32,000 bases of DNA from Coprobacillaceae bacterium (GCA_963675515.1 OY776328.1:2760001-2792000); one strand, 5' to 3'. Shown: positions 9,636 through 19,848, counted from the first letter of the stretch. Numbers and translations are program-made. The notes: a model not told the origin generated them from the letters alone.

Positions 9636-9785
9636 ATACTGTGCTATTTTTTCACTATCGACTTTTTCTTTGTTAACAACAGTGAATCGTAAGCGTGTTA
9701 CACAGTGAGTGAAAAACTCAACATTATCCTCCCCCCCAACTAATATTGGAATTTCTTCAATGAGTGCTTGAAATTTACCAGACAT
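9636..9785 (-). pseudogene. PTS beta-glucoside-type EIIB, first 50 codons only (truncated by the IS)
   Basis: MSGKFQALIEEIPILVGGEDNVEFFTHCVTRLRFTVVNKEKVDSEKIAQY, with the phospho-Cys motif THCxTRLRF. SD AGGAGGAGG. The reading frame then runs into the IS right end. Confidence 0.8.
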
Positions 9786-9817
9786 ATTTGTCCTCCTCCT
9801 TTTGTTAATACGCTTAC

Positions 9818-9848
9818 AATTTAAACTATAAAGTAACTTTACAGTCAA
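9818..9848 (-). promoter_or_regulatory. MerR-type promoter/operator (19-bp spacer) for the former PTS-GH1 operon
   Basis: The minus strand reads TTGACT-GTAAAGTTACTTTATAGTT-TAAATT. The spacer matches the 7770-7800 site at 17 of 19 positions. The dyad is CTATAAAGTAACTTTACAG (9826-9844). Confidence 0.7.
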
Positions 9849-9866
9849 TAGGTTTTATGATAAAAT
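9838..9866 (+). promoter_or_regulatory. Divergent promoter of the MerR/GyrI-like regulator, overlapping the operator
   Basis: TTTACA-N17-TAAAAT. Its -35 overlaps the -35 of the opposite MerR-type promoter back-to-back, a classic mer-like layout. Confidence 0.55.
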
Positions 9867-9893
9867 AAAAAAAAATTTTAATGGAGTATAAAT

Positions 9894-10706
9894 ATGGGAC
9901 AACCAACAAAAAATTACCTAACTATAAGTCAGTTTGCCAAACTAACAAAAATAACTCGAGCTAACCTTATCTACTATGATCAACAAGGAATTTTACAACC
10001 AATTGAACGAAATGAAGTCACTGCCTATAGGCTTTATGATGTTCGTCAGTTAGATCAAGCCTATGTCATCACTTTTTTACGTAAGATGGGCGTGCCTATC
10101 AAAGACATCAGAAAACATATAAAGAAAAATGCAATTATACATTCTAAAAATCTGATTTATCAACGTCTAGAGCAGATTGAGAAGGAAATTCAAGACCTTC
10201 AAAATATGAAATTTAACATGGAGGTCTATTCACAAAATATAGATGAAATTCAACATTTAGACTTTCCCAAATTTAGAATCATGCATCTTCCCTCTTATAA
10301 CATAAACATTAGTCCGAGATTATCTGAGCTTGAGTCACAGGCTCCTATTGATACGATTCATCATTTTTTTGACCTTTGTTCCCAAAAAAAAATTGATTAT
10401 CATGGTCATTTAGGGCGACTATTTCTCACTCCTTCTTATGAAAAACCAGATCATATTTTTTTCAGAACAGCTTCGGGTAATTATCAAACTCCTAAAGGAA
10501 CTTATCTTGTTTACTACACCTATACAGATGGAAGTGATCTAAACTCCATTTATCAGGCTATACAAGAAAAAATAAAAAAAGAACATATTCTTATTACTGG
10601 TCCAATTTTTGAGGACTATCCTTTAATGGGAATTTCTCTAAATAAGGACAATACTCATCTTATCCGTATTGCTATTCAAATTGAAGAAACTGTATTAATT
10701 GACTGA
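9894..10706 (+). CDS. MerR-family regulator with a C-terminal GyrI-like effector-binding domain (BmrR/TipA-like architecture)
   Basis: ORF track, 270 aa. N-terminal LTISQFAKLTKITRANLIYYDQQGIL HTH, a coiled coil, then a ~150-aa C-terminal domain. SD GGAG. Confidence 0.8.
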   Translation: MGQPTKNYLTISQFAKLTKITRANLIYYDQQGILQPIERNEVTAYRLYDVRQLDQAYVITFLRKMGVPIKDIRKHIKKNAIIHSKNLIYQRLEQIEKEIQDLQNMKFNMEVYSQNIDEIQHLDFPKFRIMHLPSYNINISPRLSELESQAPIDTIHHFFDLCSQKKIDYHGHLGRLFLTPSYEKPDHIFFRTASGNYQTPKGTYLVYYTYTDGSDLNSIYQAIQEKIKKEHILITGPIFEDYPLMGISLNKDNTHLIRIAIQIEETVLID

Positions 10707-10904
10707 GTATTCTAATCATGATACCACTCCTATCTACAGAAAAATTCTGGAATATACCATTTATTATTCAACTAAATTGATGTAAAATTTACTATCTTAA
10801 TCACCACAATTCAAAGACAATATTTGCCAGAGGGTCTTGTTATTTAAAAATTATCCTAGCAATAGTTTTATTATTAAGAAATATATGAGCTGTTTTTGTA
10901 ATTG

Positions 10905-11165
10905 TTAATCAATAATTTCTTGTTTTGTAAATTTTTCTTTCATGGAATTGCTACTATTTAAAATATTTACAAATTCCTCCAATTTCCTCACCGCATATTC
11001 ATATTCGTTAATTTTGTTATTAATCTGATTTTGAATCAGCTCAATCTCGGCTTCAACTTGATTAATGGTAATGTCCTGTGAGAGATTCAATTTAGAACAC
11101 TCATATCTGGCTAATTGCCTAATATCTTGATATTCACTTTGCAAGTTTACAACTACTTCTGCCAT
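10905..11165 (-). CDS. Hypothetical coiled-coil protein, possibly the 3' remnant of a longer gene
   Basis: ORF track, 86 aa. The frame stays open about 45 codons upstream with no start codon (…LPEWSTALFDAYELTKLQEKTAALNK-M…). I recognise no family. Confidence 0.3.
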   Translation of the reverse strand: MAEVVVNLQSEYQDIRQLARYECSKLNLSQDITINQVEAEIELIQNQINNKINEYEYAVRKLEEFVNILNSSNSMKEKFTKQEIID

Positions 11166-11369
11166 CTTGTTTAAGGCGGCAGTTTTTTCTTGTAACTTCG
11201 TAAGCTCGTATGCGTCAAATAGAGCGGTGCTCCATTCAGGTAGTATGATGTTGATGAGATAATTGACATGTAAGACAGAATACCGCGACTTCTATTTTTG
11301 ATATGACCTCTCTAAAGTAGACAACGTAAATAAATAAAGCGTTGTCTGCGAAAGGAGAGATCTTTTCTT

Positions 11370-11645
11370 ATGGGAAGAAAAATAAAATACTCCATTGAAC
11401 AAAAGTTACAAGCTGTTTATGATTATTTGGATAGTAATAGAGGAATGGTTCAAATATGCCATGAGCTTAGCATTAGTAAAAGTGGGTAAGATTTATATGA
11501 TTGGATTGCCCAATATAAAAAATATGGTGATTCCGCATTCTATCACAAAATACATAACAGCTCATATACTACCGAATTTAAAGAAATGGTAGTAGAAGAA
11601 TATCTAGAAGGTAAATGTTCATTAGAACAAATTTGTTTAAAATAC
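11370..11645 (+). pseudogene. IS3-family OrfA-like HTH gene fragment with an in-frame TAA
   Basis: MGRKIKYSIEQKLQAVYDYLDSNRGMVQICHELSISKSG*DLYDWIAQYKKYGDSAFYHK...VVEEYLEGKCSLEQICLKY. SD AAAGGAGAG. Stop at 11487-11489. Confidence 0.65.
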
Positions 11646-12701
11646 GATGCTACTTACCTGCTGGAATCATTTTCCGAAGAGTTGGGACTCACAGCGGATC
11701 TGCGCGCCTGTTTCCCGGACATCTATAAACAGTTGCTGTCAATTGCTTTTTACCTGATCCTGGAGGACAACATTCCTCTTTACCGTTTTGAAAAATGGCA
11801 CCATACCCATAAGCATCATTACGGGGAAGATATCACTTCACCAAGGAGCAGTGAACTGTTTTCGAAAATAACCGATGACCAGATCAGTAAATTCTTCCGC
11901 CTACAAGCCAAGCGTCGTGTAGAAGATGAGTACTGGGCATATGACAGCACAAGCATCTCAAGCTACTTTGAAAAACTTGCCCAGGTGCAGTATGGCAAGA
12001 ACAAGGAAAATGATGATCTGCCACAGTTGAATTTGTTGCTTGTATTTGGAGAAAAAACAGGTCTGCCATTTTACTATCGCAAGCTTGCGGGCAACATATC
12101 GGATGCAAAAACCGTGAAGCATTTGCTTGAAGATCTCGACATCCTTGGGTTTGGAAAGACCAAGTTAGTTATGGATCGCGGTTTCTATTCGGAAAAAAAC
12201 ATCAACGGCTTATACCGTGAGCACATTAAGTTTCTTGTCGGAGTGAAGCTTTCGCTATCTTTCATCAAGAAAAACCTAGATCATGTCTACGATGATATCT
12301 TAATGTTCATGAATTTCGATGAATCCATCAACACCTATGGGTATACAGTGGCAACCGACTGGAGCTATTCCCAAGAACGCCCTTATAAAGGTGATGTCAT
12401 CAAAGGCAAACGCAGGATTTATATCCACTATTACTACAGCATCGACAAAGGGGCTGATGAAGAGTCCGCGTTTGATAAACGGATCGCCAGTTTATACAAG
12501 GAGCTCAAGGAAGACAAACGTGTTGATTCCCACGAAAAGGCATACGCCGAATTCTTCAAAGTCAAGAACTCACCAAAGCGCGGCATAACCGTAACCTACA
12601 ACGAAGAAGCAATCCGCAAAGCCAGACGTTATCTAGGGTATTTCACACTCATTTCCAACGAGAAGATGGATGGAAACTTGTCCAGCAATACTATGACATG
12701 A
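11646..12701 (+). pseudogene. IS1634/IS4-like DDE transposase, internal fragment (N- and C-termini missing)
   Basis: Part of the 371-aa ORF. Contains DATYLLESFSEELGL..., YWAYDSTSISSY (D), LVMDRGFYSEKNI (D) and RYLGYFTLISNE. It lacks the usual C-terminal part with the catalytic E. It is fused in frame to the IS3 OrfA-like fragment. Confidence 0.65.
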
Positions 12702-12714
12702 GAAATAGCAAAAT

Positions 12715-12756
12715 AGAGCTAGACATCAGATTGTATTGATGTTTAGCTCTTTTATT
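12715..12756 (+). terminator. Rho-independent terminator-like hairpin
   Basis: AGAGCTAGACATCA-gattgtat-TGATGTTTAGCTCT followed by TTTATT. Confidence 0.55.
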
Positions 12757-13373
12757 AACCATCTTATCAACTCACTCAGCAACACACCATGTGCCACTTC
12801 CCACGACTTATATAAACAGGCAAAAATAAAGGACCTTTCCAGGAATATCATTATTTAATAACGATACCCTCCGAAGAGGCCTATATTTAGTGGGTTTTCC
12901 AACCATTATATATCTTTCCTTGACATAAATACTACGTCTCGACGTGAAATTGTTAGGCTATTTCACAATTTAGAAATTCATAGTATAACCCCTGTGTATA
13001 CGCCACCCTCAAATCCGCGCTATAATATCTATCTCTCAATCTCAATTAGGCTTTTTTGCTTTTTGTTTCATCGAACTGGTTGCTAATTTCGATTATTCCA
13101 TCAAAAGATTACAGTAATATTTACAATATTCAGTGGTCTTCAGGCTACTATTATAGTCAGGATAATCATCATGTAGATAAATTCGCAAATGCTGATTAGG
13201 CTATTTCGGCAATAATCCTGCCTACGCAACCTATCAAAAGTGATTCTGTCTACCCAACTACGCAACTTTAAGCTAATAGAAAAGATAGCATAACCGGCTA
13301 TTTCACAAGGTTTCCAGGCTTTCAAAATCAACTGATTGCTCGGAAACCCTTGTTTTGTACACTTTTCAGTATG

Positions 13374-14522
13374 TTATTTTTCAACCCTTGACATCAATGC
13401 TATCGACTCGACATGCTCAGTTTGCGGGAACATGTCGAATGGATAAATGATGTTGGTGTAATATCCGTATTTTTGGAATTCCAAGATGTCTCTAACCTGA
13501 GTCTTTGGGTCACAGGAGATGTAGAGCACTTCTTTTGGCTGCAGTTTGCCAACTGCCTGGATGAATTCCGGAGTCGATCCGGCTCTTGGTGGATCCATTA
13601 TGACGATGTCAATCTTGTTGTCCATCTGGGCCTGTTTCACCATGAATTTGGTGGCATCATCATTGAAGAAGCGAATATTGTTTATCTTATTGGCCTTGGC
13701 GTTGTTGATTCCATCCTGGTAGGCGTCACGGTTGAGTTCGACACTGATTACTTCCTTGACGTTCTTGGCAGCAATCATACCGATTGTTCCGATCCCACTG
13801 TATGTATCCAACAATACCCCCCCTTGTCTAGGATTAAGCAAGCCCAAGCCGAAGGCATAGAGTTCCTCGCACTGGTCATGATTGATCTGGTAGAACGATT
13901 TCGAGGAAATCTTGAAAGACAGCCCTGAAAGTTTGTCAACGATGAATCCTTTGCCATAGAGAACTTTTTCCTTGTCACCAAGAACAATCGAGGTGTCGCG
14001 CTTGTTGATGTTTAGAACGACTGTTTTCACGCTAGGGAACGCCTTGATCAGCCCTTGGCAAAGGTTCTTCGACCCCTTGAACTCATCTTCATTGGATACG
14101 ATGACCACCATGGTTTCATCGGTGGCAACGGCCCGGCGGATCATCACATGGCGCAGCAATCCCTTTCTGCGTTTCTTGTCATAGATGCTTACCCGGTACT
14201 TCTTGAACATTCCCTGAAGATATTTGATAATCTTGTCGGATACCTCGTCATGGATCAGGCACCTCTTATAAGGGACAATCCGGTGGCTGCCTTCTTCATA
14301 GAGGCCATAATTATAATTGTTGTCGAAGGCTACAATCACCTTGTTGCGATAGCCGATTTCGTTTTTCGAAGGATGGCAGGGTGCAACTTCGATATCGCTT
14401 AGCCGGGCATCCTTAAGCAGTTTCCTGACATAGTCCGTCTTCTTTTTAAGTTGGTCCTGATAGTCGCTTCCCATATATTGGCAGCTGCCACATCCCTTGT
14501 ATACATCACATGAATATTTCAT
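13374..14522 (-). CDS. SAM-dependent RNA (uracil-5)-methyltransferase, TrmA/RlmD(RumA) family with an N-terminal Cys cluster
   Basis: ORF track ORF. I prefer the start at MKYSCDVYKGCGSCQYMG (SD GAGG). Contains the SAM motif LLDTYSGIGTIG, the DPPRAG motif and the catalytic YISCDP. The TTG extension to 14597 is unlikely. Confidence 0.85.
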   Translation of the reverse strand: MKYSCDVYKGCGSCQYMGSDYQDQLKKKTDYVRKLLKDARLSDIEVAPCHPSKNEIGYRNKVIVAFDNNYNYGLYEEGSHRIVPYKRCLIHDEVSDKIIKYLQGMFKKYRVSIYDKKRRKGLLRHVMIRRAVATDETMVVIVSNEDEFKGSKNLCQGLIKAFPSVKTVVLNINKRDTSIVLGDKEKVLYGKGFIVDKLSGLSFKISSKSFYQINHDQCEELYAFGLGLLNPRQGGVLLDTYSGIGTIGMIAAKNVKEVISVELNRDAYQDGINNAKANKINNIRFFNDDATKFMVKQAQMDNKIDIVIMDPPRAGSTPEFIQAVGKLQPKEVLYISCDPKTQVRDILEFQKYGYYTNIIYPFDMFPQTEHVESIALMSRVEK

Positions 14523-14544
14523 AATTTGCCTCGCTTTCGCCTTT

Positions 14545-14573
14545 ATTATAGCAGTGAATCGCCTTTTTTCCAA
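14545..14573 (-). promoter_or_regulatory. Sigma-A promoter of the methyltransferase gene
   Basis: The minus strand reads TTGGAA-N17-TATAAT, 22 nt upstream of the ATG at 14522. Confidence 0.6.
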
Positions 14574-14611
14574 CAGGGTCTTTTTATCGAACCCCAATCC
14601 GGATTAGGGCG

Positions 14612-14641
14612 CAAAAAAATGCCACATGATAGCTGTGACAT
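14612..14641 (-). terminator. Rho-independent terminator after the 99-aa ORF
   Basis: The minus strand reads ATGTCACA-gctatca-TGTGGCAT followed by TTTTTTT. Confidence 0.65.
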
Positions 14642-14651
14642 ATTATGCTCG

Positions 14652-14951
14652 TTATTTTTTCTTGTAATAATTGTAGTTTTGTTTGCTTTGATCAGACATA
14701 TAAGTCAGAAAGTCGATCTTGCCGTTGAAAAGCCCGTAAATCTGGAAGTCGAAGCTCGCGGTTTTCTTGTCGCTTCTTATTGCCCGGGAAATACTTCTGA
14801 TTACATCCTGTTTTTCTATTTCACTGGCAGCCTCGAAATACACATATGGCGGCTTCACCTTTGTTATCTCGATTTGAATCTTGTCATTTTTGAATTGCTC
14901 CAGATTATTGATCAACTTATGATATTGCCCACTTACCAATACTAGTTCCAT
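14652..14951 (-). CDS. Hypothetical 99-aa cytoplasmic protein co-transcribed with the GGDEF gene
   Basis: ORF track ORF, trimmed to the ATG with SD GAAGGTG: MELVLVSGQYHKLINNLEQFKNDK... I recognise no family. Confidence 0.55.
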   Translation of the reverse strand: MELVLVSGQYHKLINNLEQFKNDKIQIEITKVKPPYVYFEAASEIEKQDVIRSISRAIRSDKKTASFDFQIYGLFNGKIDFLTYMSDQSKQNYNYYKKK

Positions 14952-15008
14952 ATTTTCACCTTCTTGTTCGCCAACTAAAACGTTAACACAAATAAGCGAA
15001 TACGTCAA

Positions 15009-16109
15009 TCAATCCAGCCTTGGAATCCGATCCTTTTCCTTCTGTTTGGCCAGGTACATGATCTCATCAGCCTTGGCTATGGTTTCATGAAGGTCGTTCT
15101 TCTTTTTGTAGTGTGCCACACCGTAAGCGAAGGTCACTCCGGCTTTGTTTCTTTCGTGCAAATACTCCTGGGCCTGTTTCAAGACCGCATTCATCAACTC
15201 GGGGCATCTCTTTGGAGAGAGGAGGACAAACTCATCGCCCCCGAATCGGTACAGATCCATATCTGAGCTCTTGCATTCCATTATCGCATTAACCACTGCA
15301 CAGATAGCCCGATCGCCGTTGTCATGTCCCATTTCATCATTGATCAACTTAAGATCATTGACATCAATCATTGACAGGGTGCAATCACGCGTGGAATCGA
15401 TCTGTCCCAGGCGCCTGTTGTAGGCGATCCGGCTAAAACACCCAGTCAGGGGATCATAGAGGATGATCTGGACAGTCAAAAACAGGTAGTAGATGATAAC
15501 CGTGACAACCGTGGTGCTCCAGATCAAAAATCTGACCTTATAGGTTATCTCAATCATTGTCGCAGCGGCTATGAGCAACAATATGCCCGAAAGCAACATT
15601 GTCTCGACATGCTTGTTCAGACGGTTCTTCTGGCGATATGAAAAATGCAACATCGATAACATGTAGAAAAAGGTTACCGCGAAGGTCACCCAAAACCACC
15701 CGCCCCGGTGGTAAATTCCACTTTGGTCGACAAAGAAGATCCAATCATAAAGGATGCTCCCAACAGCCATGACAAAATTGGCCATAAAGGGCAAAAACAA
15801 CATCTTCTCATAATTATGACGGGGATAATCCATGAAGATCAAGACAATCATCAAAGGGGACATCGGACAAAGCACAAACTGGATTGCAATCAACAATTCC
15901 CTGACCAGAACATGACTTCCTGGATCATTCTGGTGTCCAAGAATGTAATTGATCCAGCTTGAACCAATCAGAACAAGAAGCACTACCGCTTCAATCAAAA
16001 AAAGCCGCCGCATTCTTTTATCCAACAAATCACATTTAACAACGATTACCAAAAACAACAGTAAAGCACTTAAAGAACTAAAATATGCCTGCAGCGGACC
16101 AGATATCAT
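15009..16109 (-). CDS. Membrane-anchored diguanylate cyclase (multi-TM N-terminal domain + GGDEF)
   Basis: ORF track ORF, trimmed to MISGPLQ (SD GAGG). About six hydrophobic helices, then DPLTG..., INDEMGHDNGD and RFGGDEFVLL. Confidence 0.85.
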   Translation of the reverse strand: MISGPLQAYFSSLSALLLFLVIVVKCDLLDKRMRRLFLIEAVVLLVLIGSSWINYILGHQNDPGSHVLVRELLIAIQFVLCPMSPLMIVLIFMDYPRHNYEKMLFLPFMANFVMAVGSILYDWIFFVDQSGIYHRGGWFWVTFAVTFFYMLSMLHFSYRQKNRLNKHVETMLLSGILLLIAAATMIEITYKVRFLIWSTTVVTVIIYYLFLTVQIILYDPLTGCFSRIAYNRRLGQIDSTRDCTLSMIDVNDLKLINDEMGHDNGDRAICAVVNAIMECKSSDMDLYRFGGDEFVLLSPKRCPELMNAVLKQAQEYLHERNKAGVTFAYGVAHYKKKNDLHETIAKADEIMYLAKQKEKDRIPRLD

Positions 16110-16153
16110 AACAACCTCATTAGCGACCAATTTATAATAACACAATTAGATTT

Positions 16154-16181
16154 ATTATACAAAATACCAAATAAGTGTCAA
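16154..16181 (-). promoter_or_regulatory. Sigma-A promoter of the GGDEF operon
   Basis: The minus strand reads TTGACA-N16-TATAAT. Confidence 0.6.
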
Positions 16182-16261
16182 GCTCAATCAAGATGATAAT
16201 TGAATAATTAATGCTCTTATGAAACAAATACTGATAATCATATTGTCGATATTCCAAACTC

Positions 16262-16295
16262 AAGAAAAGAGTCGCGAACTCTATTTCGCAACTCT
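16262..16295 (-). terminator. Rho-independent terminator after the DUF2202-like gene
   Basis: The minus strand reads AGAGTTGCGAA-atagag-TTCGCGACTCT followed by TTTTCTTG. Confidence 0.65.
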
Positions 16296-16315
16296 CTTCC
16301 TGGTGGTCAATATTA

Positions 16316-16975
16316 TCAGCTGTATTTTTCCACCTGGCGTTCAAAGGCGGCCAGATGATTCTTTGATGCGCTTTGGAGCGCTTCGAACACGTCCCGGACA
16401 TCATCAGGGAGATCTTTGGCTAGGAAGATCTCATACATTGCGATGTTGGCAATTTCCGCGGTCACCGCGGTCTGATATGCCTTTAACAATGTTTCTGGAA
16501 GGACGACATGGTCTTCGCCATCATCAGCTGGGAGGTTGTAACTGTATGTCTCAAACAACCTCGTCAGGGCATCGATGTGATTCTCTTCGGCAACGACGAT
16601 GTTCGCAAACGGTTCCGCCTCACCGTACTTGGCGATGATCTGGACATACTCTTCGTGGGCTGCGTACTCGTCCTGGATCGCGAATGTCAACATTTCCTCC
16701 ACCGTATACTCGGCTGTATCGCTGACCCCGGCTGAACCGTATAGCGTCTGGCTGTCGCTGCTTTCTTCGCCATCGTCAGTGGTATCACCATTATCAGTGG
16801 CGTCATTGTCGTCAGTGGTATCACCGCTGTCACTGTTGTCAGTGGTATCACCGCTGTCACTGTTGTCAGTGGTGTTGTTGTCATCGGTAGTGTCGCTATT
16901 ATCAACCGAACAGCCAAACAACATCGCACTGGCCAAAAACAAGGATCCAATTTTTTTGATTGTGCTGGATTTCAT
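16316..16975 (-). CDS. Lipoprotein with an acidic repeat linker and a ferritin-like DUF2202-type domain
   Basis: ORF track, 219 aa. Lipobox LFGC, D/N/S/T-rich repeats, then FAIQDEYAAHEEY...AEENHIDAL...VTAEIANIAMYE...ASKNHLAAFERQ (four-helix, ferritin-like). SD AAGAGGTGA. Confidence 0.75.
   Translation of the reverse strand: MKSSTIKKIGSLFLASAMLFGCSVDNSDTTDDNNTTDNSDSGDTTDNSDSGDTTDDNDATDNGDTTDDGEESSDSQTLYGSAGVSDTAEYTVEEMLTFAIQDEYAAHEEYVQIIAKYGEAEPFANIVVAEENHIDALTRLFETYSYNLPADDGEDHVVLPETLLKAYQTAVTAEIANIAMYEIFLAKDLPDDVRDVFEALQSASKNHLAAFERQVEKYS
16775..16874. repeat. Tandem 27-bp repeat within the lipoprotein gene
   Basis: GTCAGTGGTATCACCGCTGTCACTGTT occurs exactly twice (16811-16837 and 16838-16864), with degenerate copies on either side. 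It encodes DNSDSGDTT units. Confidence 0.85.
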
Positions 16976-17191
16976 TCCTGTTCACCTCTTTCTACATCAA
17001 TTATACTCCTGATTTGTGGCAAATGAATGACTAAAACCAAAATTTCATAGCCAATTCATCACAAAAATAATTTACATTTGAGCTTTATAACACTATTGGA
17101 TTTGGGTGTAAAACAAAAAGGAGTTTATTTTCCAAGGTTGCCCGCTACGTATATTCAATGATGAAGAAGCATCCCTGCTCCTTCTATTTTG

Positions 17192-17511
17192 TTAAGATTG
17201 AAAATGGGTGTGGGCCACCTTCCACTTTTTCAAAGCGATGCCTATCCGGTCCTCAAGGCCCAGAAACCGTAAATCCCCAAAGTGATTATTGTCAGTAGCC
17301 ACCACTTGATCCAGCTGCCAAACAGCCCCATTGCCGTTCCGTCGAAATAAAGCCTTCGCCCTCCGATGACAGTATGTTTGGCCTCCCAAGAATAGACCAT
17401 AACGTAAGCCCATGGCAGACATATGCCTAAACTGGCTATCGCGACCGCAGCTCCCAGCAACGTCCAGCCAATCAGCTGTAACAGACCTCCATCGAAATAT
17501 GAATCGTTCAT
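17192..17511 (-). pseudogene. Small two-TM membrane protein with a frameshift near the C-terminus
   Basis: MNDSYFDGGLLQLIGWTLLGA...HTVIGGRRLYFDGTAMGLFGSWIKWWLLTIITLGIYGFWALRTG* (stop at 17242). The family-typical tail RIGIALKKWKVAHTHFQS* follows in the -1 frame (to 17192). SD GGGGGGA. Confidence 0.6.
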
Positions 17512-17630
17512 TATATATCCCCCCTTTTTTTTCATATTGTAACACTTTTGTCGGAATTTACCAGTTAATGTAACTATATCATTTAAATTAATAGCATGAA
17601 CAATTAACCTTGATTTACCTTGATTTTTCC

Positions 17631-17659
17631 TTGTATTTTTGTTTTGCTTAAGATATAAT
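17631..17659 (+). promoter_or_regulatory. Sigma-A promoter of the tgt-queA-queH operon
   Basis: TTGTAT-N17-TATAAT, 25 nt upstream of the tgt ATG. Confidence 0.6.
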
Positions 17660-17674
17660 AATTAAGTTTATTAG

Positions 17675-18820
<1,146 letters not shown>

Positions 18821-18822
18821 TC

Positions 18823-19848
18823 ATGAAAATATCAGATTTCGATTTCGATTTGCCTGAAGAGTTGATTGCCCAGCATCCGGTTGAAAAGCGTGACAATTCA
18901 AGATTGCTGGTCCTTGATCGGGCCACTGGAAAAATCGAAGATAGACACTTTTACGATATCATCGATTACCTTGAACCTGGAGACATCCTCGTGCGCAACA
19001 ATTCCAAAGTGCTTCCGGCAAGACTTTTTGGCATCAAGGAAGCGACTGGCGGCCATTGCGAGGTACTGCTTTTGACCGAGCATGAAAAAGACACATGGGA
19101 ATGTCTGGTCGGCAATGCCAAGATTGTCAAGCTTGACACCGAGATCACTTTTGGTGACGGTTCGTTAAAAGCCGTATGTCAAGAAGTGAAGGACGAGGGT
19201 ATCCGCATCTTCAAGATGGTCTATGAAGGAGTCTTTCTCGAGGTGCTAGAACAGCTTGGAACCATGCCTCTGCCACCATACATAAAGGAGCGCCTTGAAG
19301 ACCAGTCCCGCTATCAGACTGTCTATGCCAAGGAACCGGGTTCAGCTGCGGCACCGACTGCCGGATTACATTTCACACCCGAAATCAACGAGAAGATCAA
19401 AGCCAAAGGCATCGAGATTCTCGACGTGACCCTGCATGTGGGTCTTGGGACTTTCCGGCCGGTCAAGGTCGACAATGTCGATGACCACAAGATGCACAGC
19501 GAATTCTATATCATGACCCCCGAGGTTGCAGAGCGGCTCAACGAAGCCAAAGCCAAGGGCCAACGGATCATTTCGGTTGGAACAACCAGCACCCGGGTGC
19601 TGGAGTCGAACATCTCCAAATACGGAAAGTTCACCCCGACTACCGAGGCGACCGACATCTTCATCTATCCAGGCTATCAGTTCAAGGCCATTGACAGCCT
19701 GATCACCAATTTTCATCTTCCAAAATCAACCCTGCTGATGCTTATCAGCGCCCTAGCTTCCAAAGAGCTTATCTTCAAGGCTTACAATCATGCCATTGAG
19801 CAGAAATACCGTTTCTTCTCTTTTGGCGACAGCATGCTGATCATCTGA
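18823..19848 (+). CDS. queA: S-adenosylmethionine:tRNA ribosyltransferase-isomerase
   Basis: ORF track, 341 aa. Contains [44 protein letters not shown] and FFSFGD. Starts 2 nt after the tgt stop. Confidence 0.95.
   Translation: MKISDFDFDLPEELIAQHPVEKRDNSRLLVLDRATGKIEDRHFYDIIDYLEPGDILVRNNSKVLPARLFGIKEATGGHCEVLLLTEHEKDTWECLVGNAKIVKLDTEITFGDGSLKAVCQEVKDEGIRIFKMVYEGVFLEVLEQLGTMPLPPYIKERLEDQSRYQTVYAKEPGSAAAPTAGLHFTPEINEKIKAKGIEILDVTLHVGLGTFRPVKVDNVDDHKMHSEFYIMTPEVAERLNEAKAKGQRIISVGTTSTRVLESNISKYGKFTPTTEATDIFIYPGYQFKAIDSLITNFHLPKSTLLMLISALASKELIFKAYNHAIEQKYRFFSFGDSMLII

Noticed and set aside
13413-14402. Long plus-strand ORFs (171, 70 and 115 aa) opposite the RNA methyltransferase gene.
   Set aside because: These are antisense shadow ORFs of a well-supported gene in GC-richer DNA. 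They have no SD and low-complexity composition.
14652-14951. PilZ-like c-di-GMP receptor motifs (RSISR as RxxxR, DFQIYG as DxSxxG-like) in the 99-aa ORF.
   Set aside because: The motifs are only about 11 residues apart and lie near the C-terminus. The Ser/Ala position is Gln. The protein is too short for the PilZ barrel after the RxxxR. I kept it only as an unknown partner protein.
16775-16874. Possible CRISPR-like or minisatellite array.
   Set aside because: The repeats are directly tandem with no spacers, lie in frame inside a coding sequence, and there are no cas genes.
16599-17012. A 137-aa plus-strand ORF and an 87-aa minus-strand ORF with serine/valine or threonine repeats.
   Set aside because: They are produced by the 27-bp tandem repeat of the lipoprotein gene read in other frames or on the other strand.
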